Positions 1 through 13,483 of a stretch of 64,000 bases of DNA are shown piece after piece. The position numbers and the translations under genes were made by a program. The notes under the pieces were generated by a model. The model made no database searches. It saw only the letters and a program-made list of their open reading frames with translations, and was not told where the DNA came from. Position 1 is the first letter of the stretch; each line of letters begins with the position of its first letter. Source of the stretch: Eledone cirrhosa (taxonomy: Eukaryota); assembly GCA_964016885.1 (NCBI GenBank), contig OZ024740.1:331700001-331764000 (forward strand), given 5' to 3'.

Positions 1-149
1 CTCAAAGAGGCAGGTGGTCTTGTAAAATTCAAACGATCAGGCAAGATGACAATAGTTCCATATGACTGATTTTCACAAAAAGCATTCCTGGTCAGATATA
101 TATTCAATTGGTGTTTATAGTATGAAATTCGATACTACAGGTCAATCTT

Positions 150-455
150 AAATTGAGGAATTTATGTAGGGTGGTACTACTGACAATTATGGTTAGAGTA
201 GAATACTAGAAAATTTACATATAAAAAGACTTATGTTGTTTGACTTGCACATACATTCACACCCACCCCACAGACACACACGCACATCCACACATACAAA
301 TTGAGGAATTTATATGGGGTGATAATACTGAAAATTATGGTAAGAGTCAAATACTTACAGAGTTTAGAAATAAAAAGACCTATGTTGGTAGACTTGTACA
401 TACACTCACACCTACCCCCTCAGACACACACACACACATCTACACACACAAATCC
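150..455. repeat. Tandem duplication of a ~149-bp unit (2 diverged copies)
   Basis: aattgaggaatttat...ataaaaagac(t/c)tatgttg...cagacacacac occurs at ~150-298 and again at ~299-455. Confidence 0.8.
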
Positions 456-461
456 ATACAG

Positions 462-493
<32 letters not shown>

Positions 494-1166
494 GTACGCA
501 TAAGTGCATATATATATACGACAGAGGCCCCAAATCCAAGTATATTGTAGGCATAAAACGTGGTGGGTGTTATTTTTAAAGAAAATAAAGTGGATGTTTG
601 GAAAAGTTATTGTTTAGACTAGACAAAGTAGAGTGAGATTTATATCTTCACAGCAATAGCTTGGGGGCTTTGGGGCTTAGGCGAATCTCTCAGTACAGAT
701 ACACATACCCAGCCACACTTTTATACATCTGGATGCGCGTGTATGTCTATATACACATGTGCACTCATACAAAAGAGCATACACAAACATACTCCTAGGC
801 ATACACTTGAACATTTTTCAAATGCAACCTGGAGTATTAGTATTTCGTTGGGTTCACATGAGTGTGTACACTCAAGTAATCCCAGTATACACACACTATG
901 TGTATAGGGTTAGTACCTTGGTATGATTGTTCTTCCTGTGTGGGCCACTCCCTGAGGGGGGGTCCTCAGGTTCAATAAACGAGGTTTTGTTGCTCCTAAC
1001 CAGAAGAGGATCCGGTGGACAATCCACCGTAGGGACTACAAACTATGGGTGGTTGTAGTCCATTGGTGATTGGTACAGGGTGTAGGGGACCTACATTAAG
1101 GCCAGAACCGGGGTTTATCCATATAGCTTGAGGAAAGTTGCCGTCCTTAGGTGTCAGCAGGCGCCG

Positions 1167-1217
<51 letters not shown>

Positions 1218-1509
1218 TGTGTTTGTTGAGACGTTGAATATGACTTTGAACTATATGGAGGATAGGAGATTCCTTCTGCATTCTAGCGAAAATACATTAA
1301 ATATATGAGAGCTTTCAGTACTTTCATAAATTAAAACCTCCCTCATGAGTATTTTCCTTCACCCACATTCATAATAAACATAAATATCTTCCATATATTC
1401 CAATTTCTCGTTCTCTCCTTCTCTCTCTTTCACACACATACACACACACATATATATATTGATGATGTCTCCCGAATGAAACATTTCTAGTCCTGTAGAA
1501 GCCATTTCT

Positions 1510-3900
1510 ATATTAAATAAATAATAAATAAATATATAAATATATATAAGAGGAGAAACAGACAAACGCAGCCGAGGTAAATATATATAAAAAACATGAG
1601 AAGAAAGAAGAATGTATGTATGGGCGGTGAAAAGGAGGTGTGTGTTAGTGGTGTTAGTGGGGGATAAGTGTGGGGGGGGGGGGGGCGTTCGAAGGCTAAA
1701 GGAATAAGGGTGGGGAGTTCAGGCCGGGGGGAGTGTGGGTCTGTAAGATGAAGATAGTTCGTTGTTCGACCGTAAGGCGATTGGCGGGTGTTCCGTGGCA
1801 CTGGAGTAGGCCACAGACTGTGAGATGGCGTGCGGAATGTGCAGGGCCCCCAAAGTGGCGGGCGATGGGGGAACTACCCCCGAGACGAATATCCCGGAGG
1901 TGCTCAGTGAATCGGTCCGCCAGGCGACGTCCCGTCTCTCCTCCAGCGAAGTCCGTAGACTATGTTGGAGGAGGTGCAGCGGAAGGCATGCCGGACAGAG
2001 AGAGAGTGGCCGTTGGGACCCTGGAAGGTGGTGGTGTTGGTGATGTGGGGACAGGTGTTGCAGCGGGGCCTAGAACAGGGAAAGGAACCGGAGGGTGAAA
2101 CAGAGCGTGGGTTGGGGGGGTAGGGAGCTGTGGACGAGGAGGGTGCGGAGATTGCGTTCGCGTTTGAAGGAGGGGAGTGGTGGGGTTGGGAAGATGTGGG
2201 AGGTGGAGGGGTCGGACTGGAGGCGTCGGAAGAGGCGGCGGATGGTGCGGGGGAGGGGTATGGTGGAGGGGTGGTAGGTGATGGGGAAGGGGAGACGGTG
2301 GGTGGGTGTGCGGTGGTGTGGGGTGAGGGTGGTGGAGCGGGGGACAGCACGGGCGCGGGTGAGAGCGGTGTAGACGAGAGAAGGGGGGTAACCTCTGCGG
2401 ATGAAATGGCTGACTAGGGAAAGGGCCTGGGACTCAGCAGCATCTCGGCTACAGAGGCGGCGGATCCTGAGAAGTTGGGAGTAGGGAATGGAGTGTTTAC
2501 TGTGGGTGGGGTGGGAAGAGGTGAAGTCGAGGTAAGAGTGGGAGTCGGTGGGTTTGAAGAAGGCGGAGGTGACGAGGGAGTGGTTGGAGGGGTCGAAGGC
2601 GACGGAAATGTCTAAGAAGTGGACGTGGGTGGTGGAGATAGAGGTGGTGAAGTGGAGGGAGGGGTGGAAAGAGCAGAAGAAGGAGAGAAAGGAGTCGAGC
2701 TGTTCTCGGGTGAGGGTCGTGGCTCCGATACAGTCGTCAATGTAACGACCGTACAGTTCGGGCGTGGGGCCGGTGTACTGGGCAAAGATTTGGGCCTCAA
2801 CATGGCCAACAAAAAGGTTGGCATAGTTCGGGCCCATTCTTGTACCCATGGCTACCCCCGTGACCTGTTTGTAAAACTCACCCGAGAAGGAGAAACAATT
2901 CAGGGTGAGGACCAGCTCGGCGAGGCGAAGGAGGGTGGGGGTGGAGGGAATGGGGGAGGGGCGAAGGTCGAGGTAGTGTTTGAGGGCGCGTAGGCCGTCG
3001 GCGTGGGGGATGACGGTATAGAGGGACTTGATGTCTAGGGTGAAGAGGAAGGGCTGTGGGCCGGGTAGGTAGGTGAAGGAGTCGAAAAGGCGCAGGGCGT
3101 GGTTGGTGTCGGAGATGTGGGAGGGGAGGGTGGTGACAAGGGGGGCGAGGAGGGAGTCGAGAAAGGCGGAGATGAGTTCGGTGGGGCAGTTGCAAGCGGA
3201 GACGATGGGGCGGCCGGGGTTGTCGGGTTTGCGGAGTTTGGGGAGGAAGTAGATGGTGGGGGTACGGGGGGTGCGGACGAGGAGGTGGGAAGCGGGGGGG
3301 GGGGGGGGGGGGGGCAAGGCGATAAGGTCTTTGATGGTGGAGGAGACTTGTTGTTGGTAGAGGGGGGTGGGATCGGAGGGTAGAGGGCGGTAAAAGAGGG
3401 GGTTACAGAGCTGCCTGAGGGCTTTGGCCATGTAGAGGTCTGCGCGCCACACCACTACGGCGCCTCCTTTGTCCGCCGGTTTGATGACGATGTCATCTCG
3501 GCTACGGAGGGAGCGGAGAGCGAGGAGTTCGCTCCGTGAGATATTGTACAGTTTGGAACGGTGGCGGAAGTCGAAACGATTTACTGCGCTACGGCTGGCA
3601 TCGACGAAGGCGTCCAGGGTGCTAAATTGCCCTGGGGCCGGCGTCCAAAAAGATGGTCGTCGGCCCAGGGCGAGAAACGGGTCTGGGGCGTCCGGAGCCG
3701 GTGGCGTTCGGCCGAAATGTGCCTGTAGCTTAGTGCGTCGCACGAATCGCTCGACTTCCGTTCGGGTGCGGAACTCGTCGCTGTGCGGAGTGTGGGGTAT
3801 GAAGCGAAGGTCTCTACTAAGGAGTGAGCGCTCAGGTGCGGAGAGGGGGAGGTCAGGGGGTATGGTGACAGCAAGGGGTGGGGTTGGGGTGAGGGGGCGG
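1510..3900 (-). mobile_element. Penelope-like retroelement, Neptune-type (RT plus decayed C-terminal GIY-YIG), 5'-truncated
   Basis: ORF 2070-3743 has PLE RT motifs IKPADKGGAVVV, PGRPIVS, DIKSLYT, GVAMGTRMGPNYANLF, RYIDD, FLDI, KPTDSH. Downstream shifted frames give CSRPRCNTCPHI, FRCTSSNIVYGL, GETGRRLADRFTEHLRDI. GC-rich block ending at a (TA)n tract near 3907. Confidence 0.93.
2070..3743 (-). pseudogene. PLE reverse transcriptase reading frame (557 aa), frameshifted before the endonuclease; YIG motif appears deleted
   Basis: Catalytic YIDD intact; zinc-knuckle/GIY-YIG residues continue only in other frames (ORF 1904-2350 and beyond). Confidence 0.85.
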
Positions 3901-5249
3901 ATTGGATATATATATATATATATATTAAAATATATAAAAAGAGAGAGAGAGAGGTCGGGGAGTGAGGGCGAGAGGGGGGGACTGAGAGAAATGCTAGATA
4001 AGATTGATAACTCGAGGTCTAGTCAGTATAGTAGAATATACTTAGCATCTGAGGTCTTATACATCCGTGCGTACTCCATTTGTTTTAAAATCGAAATACA
4101 CCTTCATATCTCGCCGAGTTAACTAAATTCTTCAACAATTCAAATAATTGGTTTATTAGAGTTGCCCCCTCCTTTCTACTGATTTAGATAGTAAATACCT
4201 ATAAATGTAGCTCTTTATACCAGTTGCACAGATTGACTGAGTTAATTAAATAATTTTCAACTCTTACTTTTAAATACCTTATGTGTCTTTAGTATTCTCC
4301 CTTCAATTATTTTCTCTAAAAATAAATGGCATTCGTTGTAAAGCATCGGTAGCAAATATGAGACAAATATAGCAATAAAACAAGAGAAATAAATGATTAC
4401 TTCTAATACAGGGGGTACTTTCCATTAAATTCAATGAGAGCATTTGGTAATTCCGTAACTAATGGCATAAAACACATGATTCCCACGCCACTGAAAGTTT
4501 CCATTTTAGCATTGCCAAATGATTCATCCCATGAGAGATATTTTGCTTGCATTAGATCAAGCAAACCAATAAATTTAGATTCACACACATTTCTGAACTC
4601 AGGTGTGAATCAATGGACACATTTAATGATGTGCATCAAGGGATGTAGATTTAAGGCCATTTTCTGCGCTGCAAATCTATATAGGAATCCTAATTTCAAT
4701 TCCATTTGAAAGAATAGTCTTTCCTATCTCGTTTTCATGCTTTCAATTTCTAATCTAAAAATGCATAGGAATACAAACACAATAGACGTAGCAGAAAATA
4801 CACATACAAGAGAATGCGTATTTGCGAGCGTGCATATGTAATATTTATTTTAATATCAAGCCTAGCAAACCGTACCTGAGTGTCAATTCAGCGTTATTGT
4901 AATCATGGAACGAGTCGTAACAGTAGCACAATAATACATAAAGAAATATCTAAAAGTATAGGAGAGTGTGATTGGTCAGCGCAATAGCTGTTAAACATTA
5001 TGTAGCAATTCGACACGTCCTACACAGTGTTCAGAGACAATCCCAAAAATTATAACACGAAATCAATTATTGATATATAATATGCTTATTGAATATTAAA
5101 CGTTTTTGAGATTATATTGAGTCTGTTTTAATGAAATAGCTATCATCTTGCAGTGGGTGCTATGTTAACATTTCCATTAATATCAGAGAAAAACGCTACA
5201 AAAGCTTTTGAGTTTACTCGACTAGAAAATAGAACTGGCCGAAATTGGG

Positions 5250-5612
5250 TTCCCCCGAAGGGTCTTTGGAGTGAAGATATTCGATAGAATGCGTAGCATG
5301 GGGATCAGAGAGTCACTCCAGTTAGAGCCGCTACCTTTGCTAATTGAGTGATCACAGCTCCAATACTATAGGCCTGTGAATATAATGTCTCAGGAAATAA
5401 TTGCTAGACGGATTTTACGGGCAAAACCAACCAGGAGACCCAGGGGTAGACCCTGTGCATGATGGTTGGATAACAACCATGTGCTTGGCTTGTCTCACTA
5501 GATCAGTTGGAGACGGTTGCTTCTCACGAAACCCGCTGGAATGAGTGTTTCAGAACTCTGCCCCCTCGACCTTCTCAGGAATAAGTGGGCGAAGAAAGGA
5601 GAAGAAGAAAAA
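5250..5612 (+). mobile_element. 3' fragment of an RTE-clade LINE
   Basis: Manual translation GVKIFDRMRSMGIRESLQLEPL...RRILRAKPTRRPRGRP.*WLD is the typical RTE C-terminus; ends in a (GAA)n-like tail. Confidence 0.7.
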
Positions 5613-6030
5613 GTACAAGTACTACAACAACAACAACAACTTCAGATTCTCTCATTAACCTCATAGTACAGCATATATGAATGTATGGTGAAATTATCTA
5701 TTGTAACTATAACTCAATTCGAAACAAGACATTAACTTGTTCCTTGAACAAATACCAAAGTTCTGTATTGTGACCTTAAAATAAACTCTCGAGATGTATG
5801 ATTACTGGTAATTGAATTTTATATTATTTACATCAAATATCTGTGTTCATCAGAGATTGCATCACACAAAATTTATTCTGTTATTTACGCTGATGCATCC
5901 TGTCAAGTAAAGCGTTGTTTAAACAAAACATTAATTTGCATAATCCTGATTATCTTTCAATTGGAAATGACACTTACGCAAACACACATTAAGACATATA
6001 CACACAAACACAGATACGCATAAATATGTG

Positions 6031-6076
<46 letters not shown>

Positions 6077-6119
6077 ATATATATGAAAAGTGTAAGTTTC
6101 TACACAAAACGAAGGTTAT

Positions 6120-6298
6120 AGAGAAAATTGAGGTTGGTAATGGCACATGGAATATATAAGAGACAGAATACTTTTTTGTGAAAAAACATATAATTTTATA
6201 AGGTAAGTAAAGAATAAAGGGTATGAAAAATGACCGGTTTCGATGGGTCTGCAAAACCCATCTTTTCAAATGTTGATTAATATTAAGAAAAATTAATA
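6120..6298 (-). repeat. ~180-bp PLE-type terminal repeat, left arm; inverted copy at 7543-7720
   Basis: gagaaaattgaggttggtaatggcacatgg...aagaaaaattaata is the reverse complement of 7543-7720. Confidence 0.9.
6227..6274 (-). ncRNA. Type I hammerhead-like motif, U3-A8 core variant
   Basis: Minus strand TTGAAAA gatgggttt-tgc-agacccatc GAAA CCGG TC: 9-bp helix II, palindromic ACCGGT helix III, GUC site; helix I weak. Confidence 0.65.
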
Positions 6299-6501
6299 TA
6301 TATATATATACACACACACATACATACACACACACATGTGTTTGTATGTGTGTATGTATATATGTGTGTGTGTATGTATGTGTGTGTGTGTGTGTATGTA
6401 TGTGTGCAATATATATGTGTGTGTGTGTGTGTGTATATATATGTGTGTGTATGTGTATATGTGTGTGTGTGTGTATGTATATGTATGTGTGTGTGTATGT
6501 A

Positions 6502-6547
<46 letters not shown>

Positions 6548-6550
<3 letters not shown>

Positions 6551-6859
6551 TGGCTGCCAACGCGTTTTCGAGTACGGCCACTACTTTATATCCATGTAGG
6601 AGAACCCCTACCGATGCGCTGAACGAGTGTGACTTTTGAGTCCAGCCAGCGACTTGAAAACTCTGGTACAAACACTACACTTGTGACAATTATTGACACA
6701 TAGTGCTGGGCCCATGGTACCATGTGACGACAAGTGCAGAGAGATCTCCAGATATAAAGCAATGCCTGTGCCGTGAAGCTTTTATAGTGAGCAAAGGCAC
6801 TGCACAAAGCCAGTCCCACTCTCTTAACCAAGATGATATTTACCAAAAAGAAGAATAAG
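6548..6859. repeat. Unclassified ~310-bp interspersed repeat (inverted copy at 46468-46787)
   Basis: tggtggctgccaac...accaaaaagaagaa matches the reverse complement of 46468-46787. Confidence 0.85.
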
Positions 6860-6879
6860 TCAACATCATTGGATACCAT

Positions 6880-7156
6880 CAGGGTTGCAGGTGTTATATC
6901 AGAGTTTTCCTTCTCCTAGAATTCTGCCTTGACAAAGGCTAAGGGGTCATCTCTCCCGGTGATTTTGGATGGCCATTGACTCTTAAGAGCTCCTTTGTCC
7001 TTTGACAGGTTTTGTTTTTAGTCCTGCAGGATGTCCAAAGTCACCCTCCTCACCAAGAAAACTTGGTGGGGTTGCCAGTTTAGTCGCCAACGATCCGACC
7101 ATGAGACAGGTTGTACTGGGATACATGTTACCAGTAGCACCAACTGGTGACCTGAC
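6880..7156 (-). mobile_element. Probable 5' region of an RTE-related retroelement or SINE
   Basis: agagttttccttctcctag...caaaggctaa and a minus-strand GGCGACTAAA motif resemble invertebrate RTE 5' UTRs; recognised from memory, not searched. Confidence 0.4.
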
Positions 7157-7169
7157 ATATGTATGTATG

Positions 7170-7214
<45 letters not shown>

Positions 7215-7542
7215 ATGTATATGTATATGTATGTGTGTGTGGATGAGGGTATGTGTATATATAGGTGTAAGTGCACTAAATCCCTTTCTATCACTCTCCC
7301 CTCTCCTACCGACCACATGGAGATATATGTATGTATATTGCTTCCACCTCCTCACTGACCAGCATCTGGCCATTGCTAAATCAGACCTTAAAAAAAACCA
7401 CTCCCCACAAATAATTCCTCATTCACTACCAGAAAGGGACACACAGCAGTCAACTTGCTGCTACCAAGATGAAAACTACAATGAAATGCCACACTGAATT
7501 TTATACTTGAATTTTCAAATCTCAAATTTTAACTCTTCTTAT

Positions 7543-7715
7543 TATTAATTTTTCTTAATATTAATCAACATTTGAAAAGATGGCTTTTGCAGACCGATCG
7601 AAACCGGTCATTTTTTATACTCTTTATTCTTTCCTTACCTTATAAAATTATATGTTTTTCACAAAAAAGTATTCTGTCTCTTATATATTCCATGTGCCAT
7701 TACCAACCTCAATTT

Positions 7716-7720
<5 letters not shown>
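7543..7720 (+). repeat. Right arm of the inverted PLE-type terminal repeat, with U3-A8 hammerhead-like motif at ~7567-7614
   Basis: TTGAAAA gatggcttttgcagaccgatc GAAA CCGG TC; two helix II mismatches relative to the 6227 copy. Confidence 0.85.
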
Positions 7721-7751
<31 letters not shown>

Positions 7752-8474
7752 CGTATGTGAGTGCGTCTTTCTGCCTCTGTGGGTGGGCAAGTGTGCAAGT
7801 GTCTGGTTCGTGTGTGTGGGTCTGGCAGTTTTACTTCATGCATATATAAATTATTCAATAAGCTTATTTCATTTACTAACTAAACGTCTCAACCTAATTT
7901 ATTAAGCAATCTGCTTGAAGCCGCTTTTAAAATGAAACTCTTGTTTAGCAGATTCGGCAGCAGCGACCACACCAGCTCATGTATCCTTATCAACAGCATC
8001 AACAGCAGCAGCAGAAGCAGCAATAGATACGATTTAAATTCGTCAGCTGTGATTGAAATATTGTCTGTAAATAACATCTATTTTTTACGAGTCTCTGTAT
8101 ATGTAAATTCAGGAGATTGTAGATTCGATATGTCCTTGTGATGTCATTAGCAAGGCAAAATCGCAGCAACAAGAACCGCTATAACAAACTAAGGACTTTC
8201 TCCGTTGTATTTCGCACTATTATAAAAATCATTTAAATTAGACTCAGACGACCCCTTTCCTTCTTCAAAAGGTGGACAGATTTTCATAATAGTCATGTAT
8301 TTATTGGTGGCCTCAACGAATCAGTTGGCCTGGAGATAAATAACTCAACAACGTTGAACATTTGTTCTACTTCAGTCATTGCTCATTATAGCCTTATCTA
8401 GCTAGTTTCAGTTCTTTGCTGTCAGAGTTATAACTAGTTCCAATCGTAGCGTTAACGTAGTATATATTTCGTAA

Positions 8475-9003
8475 TCTATATATATAAAACTGATGTTGTC
8501 TGTGTGTGAGTTTGTCCTTGTTTTTACAAAGTCTATACAAATCCACATGTCTACTCCGATTGACTTCAAACTTGCATTTATATATTCCTTGCGGTCTAAA
8601 GATATTAATTGCAGCTTTTACTTTTCAATTTTCTGTTGTTAAGGGGTATTAGGCGCCGGATATCTATCTCCCTCGTGCTCTTATAATATCTCTCTGTATG
8701 CCTGGCTGTCTGCATTACGACATTCTGGTGAACATTGATGACGTATTATGTTCGCTATTATCCGTTCATTGCCAGGGAACGTCTTCACAAACCAAAGTAT
8801 CGTCTTCCCGTTTTCCTTCAGTTGCAACGTTTTTCGAAATATTTACTTCTGCGTTCACAGATTGATGTTTTTAGCTTCAGAAGATCCCGTTAAGGGTGAA
8901 AGCAACGATTCTTTGCTTAAACTTTAATCTGTTATTTTAATCTATATATGTATGAAATGTATGTATATAAAACTGAGGAAGGATGTATGTATGTATGTAT
9001 GTA

Positions 9004-9094
<91 letters not shown>

Positions 9095-9640
9095 ATGAGA
9101 AGTACCCAACCGATCTTTTTCAGACTTTACATGTGTATTACGTATACTTCAGGGAGTGTTATGCACATAAAAAGATTCAACTTTTTGATCCCCTAGGGAC
9201 CGCATTATGTGAAAAACTGCGTTTTTTTTCAGCTTTTATGGGTTTTTTGAGGCGTTAGGTTAGGCCGATTTCCTTGAAATTATAACTATGTATTAGTCAG
9301 TCTCTTCCTCATACCCTGAGCAAAGAAAATACAACTTTTTATGGTCTAGGGCCCGCATTAGGCGAAAAACTTCATTTATTTCAGCTTTTTAGTGCTTTTT
9401 TTAAGGCGTTGCGTTTAGCCGATTGACCGAAATTTCAAGGCATATTATGCACATAAAAAACATTCATTTTCTTGATCCCCTAGGGCCCGCAATAGGTGAA
9501 AACCTGCCTTTTTCCTGCTTCATCGTGGAAAATCTTAGATTATCCAGCCATCAGAATATTCGGTTTATTTTCTTTACATATTGTCCAGGCATGCAGTTTT
9601 TCCACGATTAGGTCTGTTGGCGGCCCGCGTTCAAAATACC
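8475..9640 (+). mobile_element. Non-autonomous Helitron-like element(s); two 5' ends (8475, 8941), 3' end missing
   Basis: a|TCtatatatataaaactg 5' end, (GT)n, internal thrice-repeated ctaggg(a/c)ccgca unit; homologous to 31274-32049 and 61040-61447. Confidence 0.7.
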
Positions 9641-10412
9641 TAGGTATATATTTCGATCAGGTCAACGGAAAAAGAAAGAATAAATAATTATTCAATGTTA
9701 TAAACAGAGTAGATATAATCAGTGTTATTATATTGCAACAGAGCCATATATTACGAATCTCTGATTAAGTGACTGGGAGTCTTCCCCCAAATATGAAATT
9801 ATTAAATGAGCGTATGTACGTGTGTGTGTGTGTGCGTATGTGTGTGCGTATGTGTGTGCGTATGTGTGTGTGTGTGTGAATTTCATTTGAATGGCATGCA
9901 GGATTATGCAAATTAGTGTTTCGTTTAATCAATATTTTACTTGACGGGATATAACAGTTAATATTACGCAATTTTAGTTTTTTTTATGTATATTGCACCG
10001 GTATGCGGTGGCGTTCTAAACCAGATTACGTTATTCCACAATGATGTATAGAAATCTATAATATTCTAATATTAAAACAAGTTAGAAAGAATATGCGTGA
10101 CATGTTACAAGATATATATTACGACAATTCATTATTTTTTTGTGTGTGTGTATGGGGGGGGGGGTCTAATATGATATCTAATACTTTTTTTTTTTATTAC
10201 AGTGAAGTTATATTTTTATTTATTTTAGAATGTAGGATCTATATTTAATCTGCTTGTAATATTATACACATTATTGTCGTAACTAGTATGCGTAACATCC
10301 GGTAACTAATTGAAATCCAAATATTTATATATACATATATATACGTATAAATATATACATATAAATATATACAGACGTACACGCACACATACACATAGAG
10401 ACAGACACACAC

Positions 10413-10542
<130 letters not shown>

Positions 10543-11329
10543 GCACACACACATATATATACATATATAAATAAAAGTAGATCATGCGAAAAGGAAGCTA
10601 TTGACATATAGAAAATCAAGTCAAATTATCATTGTAACATGTTGGTTTCGAATACGGGAATCTTTCGCGTACCCTTAATCCTAACAAGAGTCACTAAATC
10701 TCCGAATGTAGTTGCTAGATACATATTTTAAGATCCACTCTATTGCGCCAAAATAGAAGAAGAAAAAAAGTAAACATATTACCTAGTAATAGACTCAATC
10801 AAGCCATAAAATGCGTACTTAATTTGAAAAAGAAATATCTGTAAAATGGTTATGAAAGCTATCAGAACGGCTAGTGGATGGATTATTATAATGTTATGGT
10901 ACAGTGAAATGTAACATGTTATTTATTTCAATATTCATGCAAATTCAAAAAGCATTTTATCCTGGCCTAGCCAGTGGAAACCCTATATTCGAGAAGAAGA
11001 AAAATTATATTTTCTAAATATTATATAATTCTCAGAATTCATACCGAGACCTCTGGAATAGGGAACTCACCCTAGCGGGCAGGTTTACCGTGCGTTATTG
11101 TGCTCTTTCTCTGTGTGGCCCTCGGAAGTACCCACAGTTGCCAATTTTTTTATATTTTTTTTTATTTTTATATGATTTCCTTGTCTTTATTTAAAAGATT
11201 ACACGTCAATGCCCACTGTGTGCAGTCTGTGGTGCTCCTTACCATCCTCTGCCATCATGTACCGTTCTGTGCCACCCTCAGTGTTTTATTCATATGAACC
11301 CCAATGGTTAGTAAAGAAACGTTTATTAT

Positions 11330-11650
11330 TGCAATAACAAGCTTTGTTGCATAGAGTTAAGGCATTTTACATTCTGATTTCAAATCCTACCGAGGTTAGT
11401 TTTGCCATTTATTCATACGCTGACGATGAAATAAAGTGCCAATAACGCACTGGGTTCTGTTTGAAGGATTTACCTAAATTTGAAGCCATCATTATTATTA
11501 TAACAAAATGCTTTGCGGCATATAATTAAAGCCCATTATGTTCTGAGCTCAAATCCTGTCGAGGTTAGTTTGATCATTCATCCTTACGAAGTGCCAGTAG
11601 CGCACTGGAGTCAATTCATTCAACTTCCCTCCTCCACCAAAAAATGTTGA
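11330..11650 (+). mobile_element. Two diverged tandem copies of the tRNA-derived SINE
   Basis: ttctga(t/g).tcaaatcct.(c/t)cgaggttagttt...ataaagtgcca..a.cgcactgg, the same core as the other copies. Confidence 0.65.
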
Positions 11651-12450
11651 ATCCTGAACCATGATTAGGCAATGGTGACACAGTGGTTAACAAATTTGCT
11701 TTGCAAACACGATTTCCATATTTCAGTTCCATTCTCCCCGCGCAGCACGCTGAACATGATTTTATTTCCAATGGTCATGCCATTTTCCCCTGTTCTAGTC
11801 AATCAGTTACAACAGGTAAACATTAAAAGGGTAATTATTATAATCATTATCTCCACCATTAACGTACACGTAATTCTAATTTTTCTTTTCTTCTACCTCA
11901 TCATCTTTAATTTCTTTATCATCATTATAAACATGAGGATGTGATCCTCTGCATCGTGATCATCATCGATATGATTAGCATATACATCGTCAAGATAAAC
12001 ATCTTGTTCGCCCCTAACTTTTTGATTTGTTTCTGAGCTTTTATTATAATTGTGTTTGTTTTCCTCTATTATTCATAATCCCATCAATTTTCTTCTTTTC
12101 ATTTGTATTCACTTGTTTTAATTTCACACTTCACATTAAACTTCTACTTCAACTTATTGTTTTTTTTTCTTTCTTTTCTACGCTTTATTCTTCATCAAGC
12201 ATATATAGCTGTATTGCACTCCAACTAGCAGCGGCCTAGAAACAATTTATTGTATAATATGCTGATAAAACTTCTAATACTATAATCATTAAACTAATCA
12301 ACACGTGATGATGTTGATAATGCTGATGCAGATACTATCCCTGCTGAATAGTGGGAATAAGGAGAATGTTAATGAGAATGAGAATTAGTAATAATCAAAA
12401 TTATGTAATGATAATTCTAATAATTGTAATGATTTTAATGATGAGAATGT

Positions 12451-12484
<34 letters not shown>

Positions 12485-13483
12485 AAAAGTGATGATCACG
12501 AATATAATGTATATGTTGGTGATAAAAAACGATGGCGAAGTGTATGGTGATGATAGTGCTGACGCTGCGTATGTTGCTGTAGATGGAAAGAAAAAAGAGT
12601 ATATACGTGCGCATGCGTAAGTATATGATTACAGAGATAAGGAAAGTTACATAGAGACAAACAGATAGAGACAGCACGTAAACACAGAAAAACTGTTGAA
12701 AAGCATGCTAGAATGAGAATGAACAAGATGGCAAACAATTTCCAATTCCCACTATCATTAAACAGTTTTACTTAATAACGTTCATGCACTATGATGTTAC
12801 TCTCCCCAAAAATCACACTCACTTAGAAAACATAGAAGTCAACTATATATAATATAATAGAGAGATGTTTATTAGTTGGTTAGTTGGCTGGTTGTTTGGT
12901 TGGGTGCACGAAAACTAGATACAGGATAGTGTCATATTATTAACCTAGTTCAGATGATAGTGTCAACGTATTCTCTAAGGCTGCTATTTGCATTTATTTC
13001 TATTTTTTTATATTGCTTTGTATTATTGTTTTTTCACGATATTTTCCAAGAAAATTAATTTCATCTTCTCATCAAAACACCGGTCTTCTATCTTGAAGGG
13101 AGGGGGTGTTACAATGTCCACCAGACGGTTAAACTCTTCAAACGAAAGAGAAACTCCCGAACAATATAAAATAACACTTGGGAATAAAGGGACAAGTAAA
13201 CATTGTGATATTCAGTATAATATGAGACGGGAAAACAGAAAGGTTAAGACAAGAAACGATCGCAACTTTCTGAAAGTGTTCAGAACCTGAGACATGAAAC
13301 ATAAAGTTTAAGCAAGAAGAAAGACTATCGCAACAATGAGTGGTTAAATATGAAAATCACCACGAGGCAATGACAGTTGCGATGCAAAGTTGATGAGTAC
13401 AAATGACTCTTCAAGGCAGAACAAACTGACTAAGTGTCACGTTCTCATATGATCCTTCGGAGAATTATAGAAATGTTCTTAAA

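Noticed and set aside
1300-1357. Minus-strand CTCATGA...GAAAGCTC hammerhead-like trace near the PLE 3' end
   Set aside because: Core mutated, helices I and II not convincingly paired
1733-4122. Plus-strand Gly/Arg/Glu-rich ORFs
   Set aside because: Antisense shadows of the C-rich PLE reading frame
4030-4740. Non-repetitive stretch with short ORFs on both strands
   Set aside because: No recognisable motif or convincing splice pattern; cannot be assigned without a search
12240-12560. Poly-Met/poly-His ORFs
   Set aside because: (GAT)n trinucleotide microsatellite and its degenerate flanks
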